Shown here piece after piece: positions 20,313-28,916 of a stretch of 64,000 bases of DNA. The number at the start of each line of letters is the position of its first letter. Within the stretch, counting starts at the first letter, position 1. The notes under the pieces are model-generated. The model worked only from the letters and a program-made list of their open reading frames with translations. It searched no databases and had not been told where the DNA came from. The translations under genes and the position numbers were made by a program. This stretch comes from Dehalococcoidia bacterium (lineage in GTDB: Bacteria > Chloroflexota > Dehalococcoidia > Lucifugimonadales > UBA3495). The stretch covers positions 1,244,095 through 1,308,094 of the forward strand of contig OZ244064.1 in assembly GCA_965215425.1 (NCBI GenBank), given 5' to 3'.

Positions 20313-21629
20313 CTAACCGGGATACTTGCCCAGCATCAGCCAGCCGCCGCTGCTGGGGGTGGTGAAGGCGCAGAGGGCCGTTTCGGCCCGGACCGTAACC
20401 TGCCGGGGGCCGGCGGTTCCCCGCAGTTGTTCAATGCTGTCGGTGTACATTGCCGTGCGGGTGCGCCCGTTACCCAGGTTGCCGCCGCTGGAACTGAAGG
20501 GGTGGGGGCCTTTCACGCTGATGTCGCCGGCGTAAAAGGCGAAGGCCTCGCCCCGCTGGACTCCGTGCCACCGGAAGCCTTCCAGGAAGAACTGGGTCAT
20601 GATGGCGTAGCCGTCATAGGGATTGAAAATGTCCACGTCCGCCGGGCCCAGACCGGCGCCTTCGTACATCCGCGCCGCCGCCCGGTCGGTCCATTCCTCA
20701 ACCTCGGCCAGGTCCGGCTGGGTGGTGCGGAACCGGAAGTTGTGCTGGGAATGGTTCAGCACATATACCGGCGGCGTTTTCAGCTCCCGCGCCCGCTCGG
20801 CGGTGGTGAACAGGTAGGCCGCCGCCGCGTTGACCGGCCGGTCGCAGTCCCAGATGCGCAGGGGATTCAGGATGTAGCGGGAGTTGACGTAGTCCTCCAC
20901 GGTGATGGGTTCGATGCCGTGATTGACGTTGAACCCCCAGGGAGTCAGCATCCCGTTCCGGTGCTGGTTGATGACAAAGGGAGCCAGGTCGTCGTGGCAG
21001 CCGCCGTATTTCAGGCAGTACTGGTTGTGCGGGAAGATGTTGATGAAGTCGTTGCCGCCGTGATTGCCCCAGGGCACCGTCCACTGGCGCACCCCCCGGG
21101 CGTAGTCGTCGGCGTTCTCCCCGCCCCGGCGGTAGCGACCCTCCAGGTTGCCCGTGGGGTAGATCACCAGGCAGGTATGGCAGACGCCGTCGCCCACCGC
21201 CTGCGCGGCCAGGCCCACCATCTCGCCGATAGTAGGCACCCCGGTGGGCGCGAACTTGACGTTGGGCAGGTTCATCGTCTTGACCAGCCAATCGCCATTG
21301 ACGAGGGTCAAGCCATACTCCGAGTCATAGGGCGGGTCGAAGTAGGGACGGGGCGCCCACCGGGAGGCGGAGCCGCCGCTGCCCCCGGCGATATGGCTGT
21401 CGCAGCAGATTACCCCGTCAATCTGGTCGGGGGTAACCCCGGCGTCCTCCATGGCCCGCTGGCAGGCCAGGATGGAGTAGGCGCCCAGGGTCTGGTCCAT
21501 GGAAACACCGTCCCAGCGCCGGTCCACCGGAGAATGGCCATAACCGGCGATGGCTACCTGCCCCCGGTGTTCCCACACCCCCAAACCGTCCCGGTCGCGC
21601 CGCCATTGAAAGTTATTGCCGCCGGTCAT
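20313..21629 (-). CDS. thiolase-fold protein lacking the catalytic Cys/His/Cys (Ltp2-like candidate aldolase)
   Basis: 438 aa. Aligns by eye to the thiolase at 14212..15498, but has APTGVPTIGE where that protein has ACASSGSAL. It has GNLGNGRT in place of KGHPVGASG, and TTPSSGGW in place of NVGGTGGTC. Confidence 0.7.
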   Translation of the reverse strand: MTGGNNFQWRRDRDGLGVWEHRGQVAIAGYGHSPVDRRWDGVSMDQTLGAYSILACQRAMEDAGVTPDQIDGVICCDSHIAGGSGGSASRWAPRPYFDPPYDSEYGLTLVNGDWLVKTMNLPNVKFAPTGVPTIGEMVGLAAQAVGDGVCHTCLVIYPTGNLEGRYRRGGENADDYARGVRQWTVPWGNHGGNDFINIFPHNQYCLKYGGCHDDLAPFVINQHRNGMLTPWGFNVNHGIEPITVEDYVNSRYILNPLRIWDCDRPVNAAAAYLFTTAERARELKTPPVYVLNHSQHNFRFRTTQPDLAEVEEWTDRAAARMYEGAGLGPADVDIFNPYDGYAIMTQFFLEGFRWHGVQRGEAFAFYAGDISVKGPHPFSSSGGNLGNGRTRTAMYTDSIEQLRGTAGPRQVTVRAETALCAFTTPSSGGWLMLGKYPG

Positions 21630-21836
21630 TGGTTATCCTTTCGCACTTTTTTCGCCCCGGCGACGCCGGGAGCGCCACAGTTTGCGGAGGTTCACTACTC
21701 CCTCCGGGTATTCGGTATCGTTTCCGGTATAGCCTCCGAGATCGTTTGGCTATCGTTGTTGTCCCCTTGCTGTAGTGCGGGGCTTACGCGGGCCGTCCCC
21801 TCTAACCCCTCAAAGGGGGGCCTGCCGGCGCGGGGC

Positions 21837-22247
21837 TTACTCCGCCACCCGCCATTCGTGGATTAGCCGGCCCGGGGCTACTTCCTCAAACATCACCTCC
21901 ACCGGCGCGCCTACGGGAACCGCATAAGGCGGCACGCCGGGCAGGTTGGAATAAAAGTTCACCGCCGGGTCGGCGTCCAGGGTTACCAGGGCCAGGTTGT
22001 AGGGCTGGTCGGGCATCCGCCGGTTCAGTCGGCCGTCCTCAATGACGATATAGGTGGCGATATGGCCCTTGCCCTCCACCTCCTGCCAGGACAGGGCGTC
22101 GGAAGAGCCGCAGAACTGACAGGCCGGTTGCGGCGGGTACTGGAACCTGGCACAAACGGCGCAATGCTGGAGCAGCAGCCGCCGCGCATTAACCGCATCC
22201 CAAAAGGGGCGGCTCAGTTCGTCGGGAACCGGGATTACCTTAGGCAT
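21837..22247 (-). CDS. DUF35 OB-fold/zinc-ribbon protein
   Basis: 136 aa. CAVCARFQYPPQPACQFCGS zinc ribbon followed by an OB-fold. Lies upstream of the thiolase-like gene. Confidence 0.8.
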   Translation of the reverse strand: MPKVIPVPDELSRPFWDAVNARRLLLQHCAVCARFQYPPQPACQFCGSSDALSWQEVEGKGHIATYIVIEDGRLNRRMPDQPYNLALVTLDADPAVNFYSNLPGVPPYAVPVGAPVEVMFEEVAPGRLIHEWRVAE

Positions 22248-22317
22248 AGTTATCTCCCACCAGATTCCAGATTACTGATTGCTTGAGCCTGATTGCTTGA
22301 ACCGGGGCGGAGACGGG

Positions 22318-22899
22318 TTACTCAATCGCATCGGCCACCGCCAGCGGTTCCGGCTCTATTGCCCGGGGGTCGGGGCCGTAGCGGTTGGGGCCGTCCTCGC
22401 CCTGGCGGGTCAGCCATAGCACGGCCCAAAGGATTATTGCCAGGTTGATTACCAGGGCGATGATGCCCACTCCCACCAGGGGAGCGATAATTGACCGGTC
22501 AAAATCGCCAAAGAACGCACTGGACAGGGCGATGCTGCCGACCAAAGCCAGGGGTATCCAACCGACGATGGCGATGACGTACCAGACCAGCAACCACCAA
22601 CCGCTCTTGCCGATGTCGTGCAGCCGCCGGGTGTCCACGGCGAGGGAGGGCAGCAGGATCGCCAGCGCAAATATGGTCTGCACCGGGCTGAAAGACCATT
22701 CATTCTGGGAATTAAAGGAGTTGACCGCGGCGTCAACCGAGGCCGCCATCAGAGTGCCCAGGAAAGCGGCCAGCGTCCACCACCAGCATTCGGCGCGGGT
22801 GGCCCGCCCGCTGAAATCGCCGTACTTTCGCAGGCACTGTTTTACTGCATCTACAAAGGTCATCATCGGCTTGGTCCGGGGCATTGCCGGCGCTTCCAT
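22318..22899 (-). CDS. DUF805-family inner-membrane protein
   Basis: KYGDFSGRATRAECWWWTLAAFL signature, multiple TM segments, RRLHDIGKSGWW, C-terminal NRYGPDPR. Several possible Met starts. Confidence 0.8.
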   Translation of the reverse strand: MEAPAMPRTKPMMTFVDAVKQCLRKYGDFSGRATRAECWWWTLAAFLGTLMAASVDAAVNSFNSQNEWSFSPVQTIFALAILLPSLAVDTRRLHDIGKSGWWLLVWYVIAIVGWIPLALVGSIALSSAFFGDFDRSIIAPLVGVGIIALVINLAIILWAVLWLTRQGEDGPNRYGPDPRAIEPEPLAVADAIE

Positions 22900-22992
22900 T
22901 TACCAACCCTCCTTGCCATTACTGACTGCCGGCGCCTATTCTACCACCTCCCGGCCTCCGGTTTTAAGGTGGCGGCGCGGCGGTCGGGGCCG

Positions 22993-23580
22993 TCAGAAAG
23001 ATTCCGGCTCCGTCGAACGGGGGCTGTGTCCATTTTCTCCCCGCCTCAAACCGAGCGAGTCGTCAGAAAGCTCATGGTTCCATTGCCGGGGATCGGGGCC
23101 GTAGCGGTTGGGGCCGGCTTGTCCCTGGCGGGTCAGCCACAGCAACACCCAGATGAATACCGCCAGCAGCGCCGCGGCCCCAATCAGCAAGACGAGCAAC
23201 ACTCCGGCCACCGCTCCCCCCACCGGGACCGCGGCGCCCAACTCAGTCCAATCCCCCGACAGGAAGACGAAGATCAAGCCGGCAGCGACAATCACCAAGG
23301 GGATCCAACCAACCAGGAAGATACCCCACCAAACCGCTTGCCACCAGCCGGTTCGGTTAATGTCGTGCAGCCGGCGGGCGGTTACGGCCAGACCGGGCAG
23401 GAGGACCGCCAAGCCGAATATCCCGCCAAGGACGGAGCCAATAAGGGGGAGGCTGTTGAGAATGAAGCCGGCCACCGACACGGCCAGCACCCACCACCAG
23501 TATTCGGCCCGGGTGGCCCGGCCGCTGAAGTCGCCATACTTTCGCATACACTGGGTTAGGGCCTGGCGCAAGGACAACAT
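22993..23580 (-). CDS. DUF805-family inner-membrane protein (paralog)
   Basis: KYGDFSGRATRAEYWWWVLAV, RRLHDINRTGWW, NRYGPDPR. Start set to the Met at 23580; 23616 is also possible. Confidence 0.8.
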   Translation of the reverse strand: MLSLRQALTQCMRKYGDFSGRATRAEYWWWVLAVSVAGFILNSLPLIGSVLGGIFGLAVLLPGLAVTARRLHDINRTGWWQAVWWGIFLVGWIPLVIVAAGLIFVFLSGDWTELGAAVPVGGAVAGVLLVLLIGAAALLAVFIWVLLWLTRQGQAGPNRYGPDPRQWNHELSDDSLGLRRGENGHSPRSTEPESF

Positions 23581-24041
23581 CGGCTTTGACCCGGATTGCG
23601 GCGTCTCGTACTGCATTGCGGTTCCTCTTCCCTCCGGTCGGTTAGCGCGTTCAGTTTACCATTTAACCGGTTAGCCGGACAATCGTCCACCCGGAAAAAG
23701 CCCAACCTTCCCCGGCAGGGGACGGGAACCGGGTAAATCACCGGCTCGGCCAGCACAAACCCGTAGGGGCCGCAGAACCAGGGGCTGGCGGAATGCTCCA
23801 CGCAGCCGGTAATGGTAACCTCGCCCACCAGGGCGCCCCGGGGCAGGTTCGGCGGAAGGACGATGCCCGCCCGCCGGAGATAGTCCCGCTGCTCCGGGAA
23901 AGCCTCCAGCGGCAGCGTCAGTTTCCCGGCGTGGACATAAACCCGCCCCCGGAACCGGGTGGCCCAGGTCCGGTTTTCAATATCCTTGTAACCGCTGACA
24001 ATCAGCCAGGCCCAGGGCTGGCGGATACTCAAAGCGCGCAT
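23556..24041 (-). CDS. ASCH-domain protein
   Basis: MRALSIRQPWAWLIVSGYKDIENRTW...GFVLAEP is typical of ASCH. Start trimmed to ATG 24041. Confidence 0.8.
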   Translation of the reverse strand: MRALSIRQPWAWLIVSGYKDIENRTWATRFRGRVYVHAGKLTLPLEAFPEQRDYLRRAGIVLPPNLPRGALVGEVTITGCVEHSASPWFCGPYGFVLAEPVIYPVPVPCRGRLGFFRVDDCPANRLNGKLNALTDRREEEPQCSTRRRNPGQSRCCPCARP

Positions 24042-24214
24042 TGACCGCTCCGATAGATCTACCAAGGCTCTACCAGATCTACATGCCGGTAGCTCGGCTG
24101 ATGGAGAGAGTAGCAAGACGCCGGAAAAATTGAAAGCCCGGCCTGGTAAACCCGGGCCGGGTTTATCCGGGTTTATATTGCGCCCCGGAACCGTCAGGCC
24201 GTACACTGAACCGG

Positions 24215-24505
24215 ATGATTATTCAGTCGGTCAGCCACCGGGGACTGCGCCGGTTAATTGAGGAAGATAATCCCCGATTGATCGGTCGGGAACTAGCCAA
24301 CCGAGTCCGCGTCATAATCACTGCCTTGAGGCGAGCCGAGGACATTTCCCGGTTCGTCGAAAGAGCGCCCCGGGGTTGGCGTGTCCACCGATTAGCCCGC
24401 AGCCGGGGCAGTGAATGGAGTGTTTCGGTATCTGGCAACTGGCGGATTACTTTCGAAATAGAGGGCGACCGCGTCTATAACTTGAGCTTGGAGGATTATC
24501 ACTAA
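24215..24505 (+). CDS. higB: HigB-like (RelE/ParE-superfamily) toxin
   Basis: 96 aa. WRVHRLARSRGSEWSVSVSGNWRITFEIEGDRVYNLSLEDYH matches the HigB killer-protein pattern. Confidence 0.85.
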   Translation: MIIQSVSHRGLRRLIEEDNPRLIGRELANRVRVIITALRRAEDISRFVERAPRGWRVHRLARSRGSEWSVSVSGNWRITFEIEGDRVYNLSLEDYH

Positions 24506-24810
24506 TGGAACGTCCGGGCATCAAAATGAATATGACTCCGGCGCATCCCGGCTTGTTCATCCAGACGGAGATTATTGATGAGTTGGGGCTGGACACGGCC
24601 CAAATTGCGGCAATACTGGGTGTGGCTGAGGCCGTCGTTTGCGCCCTGGTGAACCAGCAAACCCGTCTGACACCGGAGCTGGCACTGCGGCTGGAGAAGG
24701 CTTTTGACCTCCAGATGGACTTGCTGCTACCGGTACAGGCCTGGTACGACGCCGTGCAGATGCGCGCCCGGTGGGATGAGGCGCCGGTGGAACGCTACCA
24801 ACCCGGTTAA
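24505..24810 (+). CDS. higA: HigA-like HTH (XRE) antitoxin
   Basis: 101 aa. HPGLFIQTEIIDELGLDTAQIAAILGV...LTPELALRLEKAF. Its start overlaps the higB stop (ATAATGG). Confidence 0.85.
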   Translation: MERPGIKMNMTPAHPGLFIQTEIIDELGLDTAQIAAILGVAEAVVCALVNQQTRLTPELALRLEKAFDLQMDLLLPVQAWYDAVQMRARWDEAPVERYQPG

Positions 24811-24885
24811 CTGACCCGTACCCAGCATCGTACCCGGCGCTGTACCCGGCGCCGGACGAGGCAGGCCATCAAGTCAGGCCGGCAA

Positions 24886-26472
24886 TCAGGTGCGACTGTT
24901 GAAAATATAGTGGGGCGTTCCGGCAACTGGAGCAGCCACCGGCGCCCGGCTCCGGTAGAATTGAGCGACGTAAGGCAACAGCCGCTGCGCCATCCGCCGG
25001 GTTTCCAGGGTTTCGGGTTCCATGGGACGGGAGAGTTGCTCCCGCAATTCCCGTCCCACGTCCTCCTTGTTGACCCACCGGTGCGCTCCGTCCTGAAACA
25101 GAACCTCTCCGTCAATGATGACGGTGGCGATGTCCCGCGCCCTGGCTCGCCCCAGCGCCGCCTCCAGCGGGGGGACGCCGGGTTCCAGGTAAGGGTCTTC
25201 CAGAGCGTTCAAACGGAGCAGAACCAGGTCGGCCCGGCGGCCCGGCGCCAGCGCCCCGATGTCTCCGGCAAAGCCGGCCGGAGCGGCGGCGTTGGCCGTG
25301 GCCATGGCCAGGACCTGCTCGGCGGTGATGGCGGGAAGGTCGATACCCGGCTGCCGGTGGAGTTTGCTGACCAGCCGCATCTCCTGCAACAGGTCGTCAT
25401 CGTCGTTAAGGCCGGTGCTGTCGGTGCCTATAGCCACGTTGACGCCCCGGGCCAACAGGGGGTTGACCGGAGCGATACCGTTCTTGAGGCGCAGATTGGA
25501 GCTGGCGTTGTGGCAAACCGTAACTCCCGCCCCGGCCAAAAGCTCAATATCCCGGTCGGTGAGCCAAACGGCGTGGGCGCAGGAAAGCTCTGGCCCCAGA
25601 AACTCCAGATCTTGCAGATGCTCCACCGGCGTCTTGCCCCAGGTGCGCAGCCCGTAGTCCTTCTGGTAATGGCTCTCCACCAGGTGCATATGGATGCCGG
25701 TCTGATAGCGGGCCGCCTGCTCCTTGGCGCGCTGGAGAAAGGCATCCGAGTTCCACTGCACATTGCTGGGACTCAGCAAAACCCGGGTTTTGCCCGGGGG
25801 GTAGTCGTGGTATTGGCGGTAGGTCTCGGCGAAGAAGGCGAAGTAGTCATCGTCGGTCATATCAGTAACCGACAAGTGGCGGCGCACGCCCGCCGCCAGG
25901 TCTGCGGGCAAGCCGGACAGGAACTCCCGGTCATCGCCATACACCACCCGGTTCTGGTTGCGGAAGTAGCTGGAAAAAGCCACCCGCATACCGGCGTCGC
26001 GGAAGCCCCGCAGCACGGCGTCCACATCCTCCTTCAAGGTAGCCGTCGCCGTCTGGGGGTGATTATACATCACCGTGGTGGTTCCCGACTCCAGCATATT
26101 GAGGGCGGTATAGAGGGTCATCAGGTAGTGGTCGTAGGGCCGGCGCCCCCAGCCGGCCAGAATCCACAGTTCCAGACAATCGTCGCAGGTGCCCATCTGG
26201 AGGGTCGTTACCCCGCGGCCGTGGTGGTGAGAGTTGACCAGCCCGGGGATGATGGCATAGTCCAGGCCGCCGAGTTCCACGTCGGGCCGGTACTGCGCCC
26301 GGAGCGCCGGGTAGGGGCCAACGTCCTGGATAACCCCGTCCTCCTGGTAAACCGCCGCATCGTAAAGAGTTACGGCCGCGCCCCCGGCGGCGTCCGGGCC
26401 GGCGGGGCCGGCGGAAGCAGCGGAACCCGCCGGGCTGAGCAGGTGCTTGCCGCGAATCAATGAAGAAGCCAT
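24886..26472 (-). CDS. amidohydrolase-superfamily enzyme (chlorohydrolase / aminohydrolase-like)
   Basis: 528 aa. PGLVNSHHHG metal-binding motif, HLVESH, CHNASSN, GTDS. Confidence 0.85.
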   Translation of the reverse strand: MASSLIRGKHLLSPAGSAASAGPAGPDAAGGAAVTLYDAAVYQEDGVIQDVGPYPALRAQYRPDVELGGLDYAIIPGLVNSHHHGRGVTTLQMGTCDDCLELWILAGWGRRPYDHYLMTLYTALNMLESGTTTVMYNHPQTATATLKEDVDAVLRGFRDAGMRVAFSSYFRNQNRVVYGDDREFLSGLPADLAAGVRRHLSVTDMTDDDYFAFFAETYRQYHDYPPGKTRVLLSPSNVQWNSDAFLQRAKEQAARYQTGIHMHLVESHYQKDYGLRTWGKTPVEHLQDLEFLGPELSCAHAVWLTDRDIELLAGAGVTVCHNASSNLRLKNGIAPVNPLLARGVNVAIGTDSTGLNDDDDLLQEMRLVSKLHRQPGIDLPAITAEQVLAMATANAAAPAGFAGDIGALAPGRRADLVLLRLNALEDPYLEPGVPPLEAALGRARARDIATVIIDGEVLFQDGAHRWVNKEDVGRELREQLSRPMEPETLETRRMAQRLLPYVAQFYRSRAPVAAPVAGTPHYIFNSRT

Positions 26473-26573
26473 CGGTTCCCTCCGTCGGTTCCGTTTGAAA
26501 ACGGGATTTAGCCCCGCCGGGGCCGGGCGTATCGGCGCGCCGAAACGTTAAAATCCAACGGAACCCCTCCGTC

Positions 26574-26655
26574 GGTTCCGTTTACAATCAGGGTTTACCC
26601 CGTATGAGAAGCAGCGACTACGCCCTGAAATTACACCCTGAAAGTAAACGGAACC
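26574..26655. repeat. second copy of the GGTTCCGTTTAC motif, closed by an inverted copy (MITE-like or operator-like)
   Basis: GGTTCCGTTTAC at 26574-26585 and its reverse complement GTAAACGGAACC at 26644-26655. There is another GGTTCCGTTT at 26487-26496. CCCTCCGTCGGTTCCGTTT is duplicated at 26478 and 26565. Confidence 0.65.
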
Positions 26656-26662
26656 CCCGCCG

Positions 26663-27586
26663 TCAAAGGACTTGCGCCAGGCGCTGCTCCTGATACCAGG
26701 CGATGATTTCAGACCCGGTGGCCGCCCAAACCCCACCCTGTTCCATCATGTAACCCAATGCCCGGTCCACGCTGCCGATGCGGAAGGGCTGGCCGACCAG
26801 CCAGGGATGCCAGTTCAGCGCCATAACCCGGCCGCTAACCGAGCCGTCCTGACGCAAGGTATCGAAGCTCTCCGTGAGCATCCGCCGGTAGGCGGCCACG
26901 GTAACCTTCCGGTCGGCCAGGGCGGCCACATCGTCCAGTTCGTAAAGCAGCGGCAGGGCGAAGAACGGTTCCTGGCCGGTGGTCATCGGGTAGGGCTGCT
27001 CGTCGTTGGCCCAATCGCAAACGTAGCGCAGGCCGGCCTCGGCCAATAACCGGGGGGTGCGGTGAGACTCGCCGTACTCCGGCCCCAACCAGCCCTGCGG
27101 GACAACGCCGGTGGCCCGGGTCAGGGCGGCAAGGGAAGTCTGAATGTACTCCCACTCTTCCGCTTCCGACATATTGCTGGTAATCATGCGGCTGACGGAG
27201 ATACCGTGGCCGATGACCTCGCAGCCCCGCTTCAGGCAATGGCGTACCAGGTAGGGATAGTTTTCGGCGGTGAGCGCGTCCAGCGCGATGGTAGCTTTAA
27301 CGCCGTGTTTTTCCAGCACGTCCAGCAGCCGGAAGATGCCGACCCGGTGCCCGTATTCCCGGTGAGACAGCCGGGCGTAGTCCGGGAAGTCTCGGGGCGT
27401 GGAGCCGCCGGCCAGGCGAGCGACCTGAAAGCTCCCGGGCGGAGCTTGCCACTCCATATGTTCCAACACCAGGATGACGCAGAGGGCTACCCGGGCCTGG
27501 CCGGGCCAGCGCAGGGCCGGGCGGCCGGTTATGGGCGACCAGGCGTGGTGCGGGTGATCCATCCCGAAGGTACGTTGCGCCGGCAT
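26663..27586 (-). CDS. polysaccharide deacetylase-family protein (PuuE-like fold)
   Basis: MPAQRTFGMDHPHHAWSPITGRPALRWPGQARVAL... Start trimmed to ATG 27586. Confidence 0.8.
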   Translation of the reverse strand: MPAQRTFGMDHPHHAWSPITGRPALRWPGQARVALCVILVLEHMEWQAPPGSFQVARLAGGSTPRDFPDYARLSHREYGHRVGIFRLLDVLEKHGVKATIALDALTAENYPYLVRHCLKRGCEVIGHGISVSRMITSNMSEAEEWEYIQTSLAALTRATGVVPQGWLGPEYGESHRTPRLLAEAGLRYVCDWANDEQPYPMTTGQEPFFALPLLYELDDVAALADRKVTVAAYRRMLTESFDTLRQDGSVSGRVMALNWHPWLVGQPFRIGSVDRALGYMMEQGGVWAATGSEIIAWYQEQRLAQVL

Positions 27587-27739
27587 ATTGACCTCGCTTT
27601 TGATTGATGCGTTGCTGCGTCGCTCCGGGTCGCTCCGGTTCACGAAATCGGGGAAATAGTCGGGAAGCAACCGGGAAGGAAAGGCTTGGGAAACGGTCGA
27701 ACAGTCGCCGCGGCTCAGGCCGGGCCGCACCGGGCCAAT

Positions 27740-28705
27740 TCAGATACTCCCACTCCCGCCCCTGCCCCCGCGCCACTGAGGTTCGGCCGGGCCGCACCGG
27801 GCCAATTGCTGCGCGTGGGCCACGGCCTGGTCGTAATAGTTGGCGATGTAGTATTCGGCAATTTCGTCGGCGGTGGTCTGCCAGACGCCATCATGGGCCA
27901 TTATGTACCCCAGGATGTCGTCCAGGTACTTGACCCGGTGGGGTTGACCAATGAGGAAGGGATGCAGGGCAATGCACATAACCTGGCCGCTCCTGGCGCC
28001 TTCCCGGTAGAGCTGGTCGAACTGGGCCTTGCAAATCTCGGCAAAATAGTCGGTCCCGTAGTGATTGTCCCGCAGCACCGAGGAATCGTTCAACTCGATG
28101 GAGTAAGGCACCGACACCAGCTTGCCCGCATTGACTTTGATTGGCGTCGGCTGATCGTCGTGAAACCAGTCGGTATGGTAGATTAACCCGGCCTCGGCCA
28201 TCAGGTCAGGGGTATGCACGCTTCCCGAAATCGCCGGCCCCAACATTCCTTTCAACTGCTTCCCGGTATGCCGCTTCAGGGTATCAATACAATCCCGGTA
28301 GAACTCCCGCTCCTCATCCTCGGTGCCGGTATAAAGGTAACGGGTGTTGTAGATGCCGTGGCTCATATAATCCCAGTCCCGGGCCAACATCGCCGCCGCA
28401 ATTTCGGGGAAATGTTCCAGCACCGCCAGGTTCAGCGACACACAGCAACGGATTCCGTACTTATCCAACGGCTCCAGCATCCGCCAGAAGCCGACCCGGT
28501 TGCCGTAGTCCCGGTAGGAGTATTGCTGCACGTCCGGGTAGGGCGTGCGCGGCCACGGATTGCGCACGCCGGCGTGCTCCGGGAGATACTCGTAATGCTC
28601 CACGTTGGGGGAAATCCAGAGCGCAACCCGGGCCTCCCCGGGCCACTGGATAACGGGCCTATCGATAATGGGCAGGTAGTCAATGCGGTCGGGAGGCAGG
28701 GCCAT
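27740..28705 (-). CDS. polysaccharide deacetylase-family protein (paralog)
   Basis: 321 aa. IIDRPVIQWPGEARVALWISPNVEHYEY is collinear with the neighbouring paralog. Confidence 0.8.
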   Translation of the reverse strand: MALPPDRIDYLPIIDRPVIQWPGEARVALWISPNVEHYEYLPEHAGVRNPWPRTPYPDVQQYSYRDYGNRVGFWRMLEPLDKYGIRCCVSLNLAVLEHFPEIAAAMLARDWDYMSHGIYNTRYLYTGTEDEEREFYRDCIDTLKRHTGKQLKGMLGPAISGSVHTPDLMAEAGLIYHTDWFHDDQPTPIKVNAGKLVSVPYSIELNDSSVLRDNHYGTDYFAEICKAQFDQLYREGARSGQVMCIALHPFLIGQPHRVKYLDDILGYIMAHDGVWQTTADEIAEYYIANYYDQAVAHAQQLARCGPAEPQWRGGRGGSGSI

Positions 28706-28763
28706 CGGTCATCACTCCTGAAGTCAGCTGCGGCTCCGGCAAACCCGGCTCGCCGGCCGGGGA

Positions 28764-28916
28764 AGGTTGCGCCCCGGGCGCCGGGAACCATCCCGTCTGA
28801 CCTGGTTCCAAAAATAAGTGCGCACGGTTGCGCCCCGGGCGCCGGGAACCATCCGATTCACGTACGGCTGGCGGACACGCAGCCCCGGTTGCGCGCCCCG
28901 GGCGCCGGGAACGATA
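28764..28916. CRISPR. CRISPR-like mini-array: 3 repeats (29, 29 and a degenerate 31 nt) and 2 spacers of exactly 32 nt; no cas genes in the window
   Basis: GGTTGCGCCCCGGGCGCCGGGAACCATCC at 28764-28792 and 28825-28853. A degenerate copy with a 2-nt insertion lies at 28886-28916. The unrelated spacers are 28793-28824 and 28854-28885. The reverse complement ...GTTCCCGGCGCCCGGGGCGCAACC resembles type I-E repeats. Confidence 0.4.

Noticed and set aside
20295-21866. 523-aa + strand ORF
   Set aside because: Antisense to the thiolase-like gene and runs through the intergenic gap. Low-complexity composition.
24910-26463. 517-aa + strand ORF
   Set aside because: Antisense to the amidohydrolase gene, which has an HxH metal motif.
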